A DNA stretch of 64,000 nt from NCBI RefSeq assembly GCF_009914755.1, contig NC_060939.1. The stretch is one strand, 5' to 3'. Each line of letters begins with the position of its first letter. The stretch's first letter is position 1. The stretch comes from the human T2T-CHM13v2.0 reference genome, Homo sapiens. Below the pieces are notes generated by a model. It did no database searches. It had not been told where the DNA came from and saw only the letters and a list, made by a program, of their open reading frames with translations. This document shows, in pieces, positions 53,401-64,000 of this stretch. Position numbers and translations under genes: made by a program.

Positions 53401-55174
53401 CTCAAAGCTTAGCAGCCACCTTTTGCTTTTCTTCCCGTTCCCCCCACCTCATGCTGTGAAGAAAGTCATACACCATTGTGGTGTTGATTGAAACCTTTAT
53501 TTCTCCAGGTCTCCTCTCATAAACTGGGCTAAGAAACACAAAGGACATTTGACACTTCATGACTACATAAGATGTGCTGTTCCTCTCTCTTTCTGTTTGA
53601 AAGTGACTTGGCAGGGTGAAGTTGAGAACCCCTTGGAAAGGAGGAAGCCGAAATGCAAACAAAGTTGAATCATGAAGTGATGTCACTCTGAACCAATTGG
53701 AGCAGTGGTGTCATGTGCCTGGCAGCTACTTCAAATGCCCACAAAACAGGAGTAATGGTTTAAGCTGTTTCCCTCTTCCCCTCCCACCACCAATCAGCAG
53801 CAGACTGCTAGAGGACAGATGCAAAACAGTTATTAGACCAGGCTTAGTTAGACATGGAGGATGCATCTTAACAAGTTAGTACCTTTTTGCAAAGCATGAA
53901 GACTAATTCAAAGTCTATTTTCTGGTTTTGCTCTACCAGTATGGCCAAAACCATTTCTTTTTAAGTGAGAAGTGGGGATATGGTCAGGTTTGATTCCAGT
54001 TGAAGTTGTGAGCTGCACAGGGCTGGTCTGAGCCCAGTGGCATCTTTCCAGGTGTCAGAGCCATGATTTTAAGCTCCTGTTAAATTCACAGTGCTTAGTA
54101 ACCATAACTTCTTGGTTTCATGATCATAGGGGTTTTTGCATAGCTGCCACCCCCATTTTCTGTTTGTGATCCAGTAGTTAAAACTCCCAGAAAATATTTC
54201 TCACCCTGGTTTAAATAAACAAAACAGCCACCACAAAAACAAACAAAAACTTGGCTAACCACTATTTTCAGGCATATTCTGAGAGAGAAAGAGGGGGAAA
54301 AAAAGACTAGACATCCTAAAATTAAGCAACATTATTTTTGGAATTGTGTTGTTTCTTATACTCAGTCATTTGTGAATGATGTGGTTCAAACAAAACTGAA
54401 ACAAAAATAGTTTTTCTCATTAAAAATATGTTTGTCGCATAGCCAGCACTCAGAACTAGGGAGGGTAACATGGAAGTATTGTCATTCTCGGGGCTGACTG
54501 GTTGACAGCAGCCTATACAGGAGTGGAGAATATTGACAGGGCTGCCCGTTCTCCCCAGGTCGAAGAGAGCAAATGCACATCCCTGTGTGCACGGCCACCT
54601 GGTTCCTCTCCTCACTTGCTGGTGAGTATTGAACGGCTCACATAATTAGGCAGAACTCAGGAACTTTCCTCCCTATCTCTTTCACTCTTCTGAAATGCCC
54701 TTTATGTTTTCCTCTGCTCTTTCAGTCCCAGTGCCTTTTCTCTGGTGCAGCCTCATGGTTCGGTCTCACCTTCAGCTTTTCCTTCCCTCCAATACATCCT
54801 GTAAATTATTGTCAGACTTCTTCTTATCTAAATAACTCGTTTAGGTAAGGTACTCATATGTTCAAAATACCATGGTGGCTCCCTGTTCTCTGTGATGTGA
54901 AGTCCTAACCATTAGACTCAGCTTTCCCCCAGGACACCTTGGCTTATCTTCTTGCTGCTTTCCAGAGGCATGGGCCATTAGGCTGGTTTTCTGAAGGTTC
55001 TGCCAAAAGGCTGGGCCCTTGTCTCCCACCCCACTGCTGTTACTCATGTGTTCTCCCACTTGCTCGGCATTCTTTCCCATGCTTTTTCCTTGATCATCAC
55101 TCACTAGCTAACATCTATTTTTTCCTAAACACTCTGTTGCAGTTGTAGTCTGCAGTCACTCTCCTAAGACTTGA

Positions 55175-56285
<1,111 letters not shown>

Positions 56286-57906
56286 GATCACCCCTATGGG
56301 TGTGAATGTTGGGCAGATCCTCCAGTGTCACCAGCCATGTGGCCTTGGTGACCTTTCCATACTTTTCAATCAGAATGATGATCTCCACCTCTCAGGAAAG
56401 TTGTGGGGATGAAATGGTATAGTCTGTGTGTGTAGAGTTGTTAGGCTGGGGCCTGCCATGTTAAATGCCCATGAAGCAGGTAATTATGGTAGTAGTGGTT
56501 GATATCTTGAAATCAGGGGGATTCCCAAATTTCTACCCCAAATCTGGATGACTGCATATTGCGGGAGTTCAGTAAATATTTGTTGCACTAATACTTATGT
56601 GCATACGCTGAAATAATCTAAATATTTAAAAACCAAACTAACGGTAGGACTTTCCTCAGGGATTTAACGTTTGCTGTAGAAGACTGAATGATAGAATATA
56701 TAAGCTGTATTTTTCTTGTGATTCTACACATTGCCCATGTTGCAACTTAAATATTTTTGGAATGCAATGTAAAAGTGATTTACTGTCCTATAATTGTTTT
56801 CCTGAAAGCAAAATGATATTTAAGTGAACTGCAATGAAAAATGCAACGACTGTAATTTATCGTTGAAGGGCATTTTCAAAGTGTATAGAATGACTAAAGC
56901 TTAAGTGTATTAAATATTCTAGAGGAAGACATATTTAGGCTATAAATCTAGACTTCCTTTGGAATTTGTTTCCTTTTTCTCAGCCAGGTGTATGAAGATT
57001 TTAAGTTCTTAGGCCTCAGTGGGAAGAAGATTTAAGGTTCCAAGAGTACATTTGTATCTCTTTTAAATTTTCTATTGTTTATCAGTGACATATGTAAATG
57101 TTTTAGGGAGCTGTTTACTGTAACATTACCTACTTTAGCTCTGTGCAGTTGTCTGGCAACCAATGTGATAAAGACAGAGGGAAGTGCTGTATTTTGTTGC
57201 TGACAAGTATATCTTAAAAGTGCAGGTGCACCTGAATAGGCAATAAAGTATTAAGAGCTGCTCCTGGAGCAGTTTGCTCTCTGTGACGTGTGAAAAGTCT
57301 ACGGGGTTTATAATTGGTCTGGCCATACGGCTGCCTAGGATTAGACTCTTTTCATATCCCACTAAACACTCTCCTTAGAAGCAAGCACAAGGAGATAGTT
57401 TATTTTAAAATGTAATTGCTATGTTACTAAGATTTGAATTTGAGTACCGAGAATAAACCATATTTCTGTTTAGAGGCTGGTTGGCTTAAAATTGTGTCTA
57501 ATCCTTCCCCTGCCCCCCAACTCCGAATCAGAGAATGAATAACAAATAAACATGACAATGAAGTCTCATGCTGTTGTTTTCATATTTGTATTTAGGAGTT
57601 TCAGAGCAAATGACTTGGAAAACAGGCAAATCCACTGACATAGGCATTTTTAGCCACCTTGGAATCCGAGGAGGGATTCTGCACTATGCCCTGTAACCTC
57701 GTTCACATGCCGTTTGAATGTATACCATGAAGACCCCTTAGCTCAGGGAGCTTTGCTCTATTTAAGTAATGTTTATATTCTTAATGAACCAAAGAGGAAG
57801 TGGTCATGGGAAAAGAGCCAGGACTAGATTTCATTCTAATGCTTATAAGGAGAGTTCTAGGAAACCCTCAGACTTGGTAAACCAAGGCATTTGGAGATAC
57901 TATGAA

Positions 57907-57958
57907 TTGGTTTAAAAGGCCATTTACCACTTCTTTTGTAATTGGCCTTTTAAACCAA
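57907..57958. repeat. Inverted repeat: 16 bp perfect plus 4 bp after one mismatch, 10-nt loop
   Basis: TTGGTTTAAAAGGCCA (57907-57922) and TGGCCTTTTAAACCAA (57943-57958); TTAC/GTAA inside. Confidence 0.95.
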
Positions 57959-57977
57959 CTCTCACTTAGCTGATTAA

Positions 57978-58259
<282 letters not shown>

Positions 58260-60861
58260 TAAGATTTCTTATTGTGGTATTCTGCAGTGGAGAATGGGAG
58301 TTGGAAAGAAATGTTTTCTCCCACACCTGTCCCGCTCCTGTCTACTGAAAGCTGATTAATCAGTCAGATAGTGAGTTCCTATTGGTAGTAAGCCTCCAAA
58401 ATTTGGAAGAGGGGAGGTGGCGTGATGTGAAAAAGCAAGGCTTTAGGGAGAGATTCCCGCTGGGGGCATTCACCCTCTGGTCCAGCGTGCCTGTTACAGT
58501 GATCACTCCATAGTGGTTTTGCATGAACAAGACTGCCCAGTTTGCTTAGGAAGAAAACAAAGGACATAAGTTAGTTCTCATGTCTTCCCAGCACCCTAAA
58601 TACTCGGGCTAAACTTCCACAGTCAGACCGTCAGCTTCAGGAAGGGCTGCTGTTGGGAACTTTTTTTTTAGTTTGCAGTTAGTTCAGCTCCAGCCAAAAA
58701 CCTACAAAAAGCCACTGCAAGCCCTCTGCCTGCTCGTATAAGACACCTTGGTTGGGCCCCTGTGACTGTCCATCCATAGGATGGTTGGCCATTGACTGCA
58801 CAGAGAGGTAGGGCAAGATAAAACGACTCATTTGTGGATCTGACTCCTTGTACTTCTGTTTGGATTCAAACAGAGGAAGATAGAGTAGTGGCCTTGGGAA
58901 ACCGTGGAGAGAGAAAAGGCATAGTCAGAATGTTTTCAGAGGAGCGCAGACTTTTCAAAACCCCTCTCATCACGTTCCCACTGACCTTCAGTTCCAGTGC
59001 TGTGGCCACAGGGTGTCTGCACCCCAACTTCTTTGCCAAGAAATTAATGATCTGTGAAGACACACAGACATGAGGCGGACTTACTATTTAAAGGAATCCT
59101 GAAACGAATATTTTTCTGATACATATTTATCCTAATATATTTGCTGAGCATGGTTTTTTTTTTTTTTTTTTCCCTATTTTGGAGTTTTTGGGTTTTTTAA
59201 GCCTAGGGAATGCCTAATATGTACTGTGGAGTGCATTTGTTCATTTATATCCCAGTGCATTGTAAAATCGAGCAATTCAGTGCCTTAGAATCCTTTCTGT
59301 GAACTTGATGCTACGTGAACTACTTGAGAACAACTACTTTCAAGCCCTCCGAAGCACTCAGTTACAACTGTCGGTCTAATTGCACATTATTCTAATTCAT
59401 TAAAAAAGTCCCCAAGGGCTTCTTAGGATACTGCTCTATGTTATTAGAAGTCCTTCCAAATAGAAAAACTTTATTAATTTAAAAATAACCGCCAATTCAG
59501 ACTTCGATTCAAACAAGGCATTTTACCAAGTCCGGCTGAAAGAGCTTCTTACCACATCTGGCATGTAGAATGGCAGAAGACTATTTTTGCTAGATTCCTT
59601 GTTGCTGCAGCCATTTCTGATGTCCTTTTCCCCTTCACACCTTTCGTGTTACACATGTCTGAGATGACATGATGCTAAGTAACCAAAGTACTGCTGCGAT
59701 GGAATTGCTCTGATGTTTTTTTCCAGAGTGAAAGCTGCTATTACTTTAAAAAAAAAAAAAACTTGAGGTTTGGTTTCTTTCCCCCTCTATCCGGGTGTTA
59801 TACAAATATGTAATTAAGATGTTTGGGGGTTCAGATGACAAACAAGGAGTCTACTTCTAAGAATGCATTTGCAAGCCAAAAGAGTGGTGAACCACTTCAG
59901 AGTGCGGGTCTGTGGGGGATGATGTCTGCTTTGCTTCGTTTTGTGGAATAATTTTTAACATTTCTATTTAGCATTCATGATACTCTAAATAGAAGCAGGA
60001 GAACACTGTGGCTCTCGGATCCAGGAGAGGCAGGCCACGAGGGCTCCTGCTGTTTGGGGACAGTCTGTAACTCTAAATCTTTTTATATGCAGCAATTATG
60101 ACCTTAAAAATGGGTGACTCTAATACTGGCATTCATTGCCTAAAAATAATTTTAATGTGCAAATGCCAGAGACCAGGTCATCTCAGAAATGGACTAGAAT
60201 TGACCACTGCTATGTTTTGGTGAAACCTGATAACCTTGCTTTTCTCCGTGTACCTTGTTTTTCATTGTAAAACTATTTAATTATGAAAATGAGAGTGTGA
60301 AAGGCAAAGTATAATTGAATTTAGGGGGCAGTTCCATATAGTTGTAACAAACTGATTATCAAATGTCCACCATTAGTATGTTAAAATACGGTTTTCTAAT
60401 ACTGAGACAACAGGGATGGAGCAGCCTATCCACTGAAGTCTTGTTGTTTGTCCCTGCTGTGTCCCAACCTGGAATCTCTTTCTTCTTCCTTCAGCAGACC
60501 CTTCGAGATCAGCTTAAGCTTCACTGCCTTAGAGAAACTTTCCTGTCTACCTGGACTGTCTTCTAGATTTCTAGAGCAGTGTTCCTGCCCTTTTCCTTTC
60601 TAAATGGGGTGGGAGTTCTCAGAGAACTCATCTCCTTTATGGCTTTATCCATCACAGCCACACAGATAGGTTCTGTCTGGACCATCCTTTTCCCTGAGCT
60701 TTCTTCTCCTTTGCCATGTGTTTTCATTTCTGCCAGACACTGGCACTGGGGAAGCCTCCCATCGTCTCAGACTCAGGGTGTGTGAAAAACAAACCTGCTT
60801 TCTGGACTCTACAGTTTGTGCACTAGCCTAAGCCGAAAATCTTGAAATCTGTCATCAGTGA

Positions 60862-61571
<710 letters not shown>

Positions 61572-61891
61572 ACGACCAAATTTTCCTAATTCCTTTCTAC
61601 TTAAATGCTTTCTTTTCCATTTATTTCACCCACATCTGACCCTAGGATTTCAACGTGTTCTAAAATGAATTTCTTGCACCCATTTTCACTTTCTCTCCAC
61701 CAGAATCCATCTCACCACCCACCTGCCAGTGGCATACTCCTTGCATAGACCCTGCTCTAGCATGAATATAGCCCACTGTTATCTGTTGTAGAACCTCACG
61801 CCCAGCTTCCCACCCTGTGTGACATCTTCACCCTCTTGCCCTGGCTTGTGCCATCCACATTCCGATCTTGATGACTCTGGTTCTCTTCTCT

Positions 61892-62442
61892 TTGACGGTG
61901 GAGGGTTGATCCCTTCCTTCCCCATGATCATAAAAGGTCATGCCAACACTCCTAAAACAAAAGATAGATTAATAAGAGAAAAACCTAACAAATTTATTAT
62001 ATGTGTGCATGGGAGTCATACAAAATATGAAAACTCAAGAAAATGGCCAGATGGTTGATCCTTAAATGCTTTATTTATTGGTGAGAAGGTATTGGGGGTG
62101 TAGGAGTAAATGATTTTCAGGGAAAATGAATATTTCCCTGAGACAGCAATTTACTTGTAAATGATGCTCTTTAGAATTTGAACACGCTCCAGAGGCAGAA
62201 ATTGTCTTGTGAAAAAGTCTGTCTGGGTATGGTTGCATTCCTCAGTCTTGAGCTGGTGGATGGCAGGGTGCAATTGCAGGCCGTAGTGTTCCTCTTTGGG
62301 GATCTGGTTTCTAGGTGGGTAAGGGAACTTCAGAGAACAGCCTTGTCCTGTGCTTTGCGAGAGACAAAGGATGAGGAAGGGGGGTCAGGGACCTTGAGGC
62401 TGCTTCAGCATGTCAAGAGTGCCATGTTTGGGACGCCTCAAC
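61892..62442 (-). mobile_element. ERV1-type solo LTR (MER34/MER39-like)
   Basis: ACAAAAGA.AGATTAA.AAGAGAAAA...CAAATTTATT; TGCATGGGAGTC; ends CAGCATGTCAA.AGTGCCAT.TTTGGG...CAACA. Subfamily uncertain. Confidence 0.6.
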
Positions 62443-64000
62443 ACTGGAAATAGCCTTCATTCCTCTGCTTCTTGGGTCTGGATCCTTTTCTTTAGACTCC
62501 AAGAAATTCTTCCTTTTGCCCCAAACTCACATTGTTTTTGTCTTCTGTCCCTCTACTTCTATGTAATTCTATTATTATGCACAGATTCTGTGTGCCCAAG
62601 GAGACTGTAAACTCCAGGAGGGCAGGAATTATGTCTTAAAACACTAGCGGTTAAACAGTTAAGAGGTGTCTTAAAACATTCCTGTAGCCCCAGCTACACT
62701 CTTGGGTGCAGGAATCACAAGTGCCTTATTCCCCACAGGGTCCCCAGCATATTCCAGGAGCTCATTATGTTTTTAAATGAATGACCTACTGAAGGCAAGA
62801 GACCAGGAAGGAAAGTTTGTAAAAGTTTACATTATTAGATTACCCCTGAGATGTGTAACCTTCTCACGAGTTAGATTTCTTGAACCACTGCCCGGGTATT
62901 GTATTCCTACTCTAGGAGCTTGAAGGATTAATGATAATCCTTTTACAGATATATTCACAAGTTTCTGTGAATGTGAATTAAGTATGTAGATCTTGATTGC
63001 CTTTCTTGAGTGCATGGTTTTTTTCTAGAAAAACAAATTTAAGTTAGGTGGGACACCTAATAAAGCTCTAGGCTCCTTTCTTTTCCTCTTTTAAGACACA
63101 GTTAATTACCTTATGCTAAGTTGGAATATAGGAATTATCTTCCAAAACTGTGTTTGCTTGCTGTGTCTACATAAAAATTGATACAAGGTATGCCATGGTT
63201 TATACAATTTCTGGCACATTTACCTGGTCTCTGTTACAGGTTTGTGAAACCAATTTTTTTATTGTAAATAGTACGTTACCAGCTTAATTGCTTTAGAACC
63301 TAGACAGTCTATGTCTGTGATAGTAATTACATTCTTTCATGACTTTGTTTGGTAACCTGAATGTTGAACTAGCTCTACAGATTTAGGTCATGTCTGATGC
63401 TAGCCATTCCTAGGAAAAAGTGGTGAGGACTACATTATGGGCCTTTCCCCCTAGACTTAAAACTGTGAAGAAGTCATTTTGGGTTGAGGTATCCCCTGGT
63501 ACCCTCTCCTGAACTTCAATAGAATAACATGATGTGGTGAATGAACCATATTAGAAAAACCAGCCAATCAGCCGAGATTCTTGTATTGACTCTTCTGATC
63601 TCCCTCTACCTCTCCTTTCCCCATCTGCCAAACAAAGGGTTTGGAACAGTTAAATTCTAAAGTGGTGTCATTGATGGCTCTCAGTATTCTGTGGACTTTC
63701 CTGGTTGATTCAGTACTTGTGATTGACCTGGACCCCCTGGTTTGGTCCAGCCTTAGAGCGGGTTTGCAGGTAGACACCTTCCTAATGTTTGTTCCACGTA
63801 AGCCCCCGGAGCACAGTATTTCCATCAGCTATTTTGTAGAAGTGAGCGATTCTCTTTTGGTTGTAAACCTTCACTATTTCATGTGGGTGACTTGACAATG
63901 GCTCCATTTTTGAATGGCCCATTGATAGTTGTAGTCTAAAAATTTCCAGAGATTACACAAGGGTTTATTTAAAGGGAATGGGAATAGGGAGAAGGTATAA

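Overview
Primate (almost certainly human) intronic DNA with no credible protein-coding exon; every supplied ORF is Alu/LTR-derived or a chance frame. The anchor is a 77-nt hairpin at 14817-14893 whose arms match, from memory, hsa-miR-4714-5p and -3p. MIR4714 lies in the very large intron 2 of IGF1R (15q26.3, + strand), so the whole window is inferred to be IGF1R intron 2. It holds about 21 Alu elements or fragments (about 14 antisense, 7 sense, densest at 39-45 kb), old L1/L2/MIR fragments, DNA-transposon relics (MER5, MER2, MER1B, MER20, MER58, Tigger3, Charlie1, half a MADE1), solo LTRs (MER21, MER74-like, MLT1, MST, MER34/39-like) and microsatellites. Repeat-poor blocks carry enhancer-like motif clusters and co-oriented CTCF motifs. 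The most distinctive unexplained signal is a series of apparent template-switch or templated-insertion scars: local DNA copied into LTRs from 1-2 kb away, nested direct and inverted micro-repeats, a quasi-palindrome inside an Alu, and two unannotated hairpins built like MIR4714. I found no new coding system. Repeat subfamily names and element boundaries were assigned by eye and are approximate.
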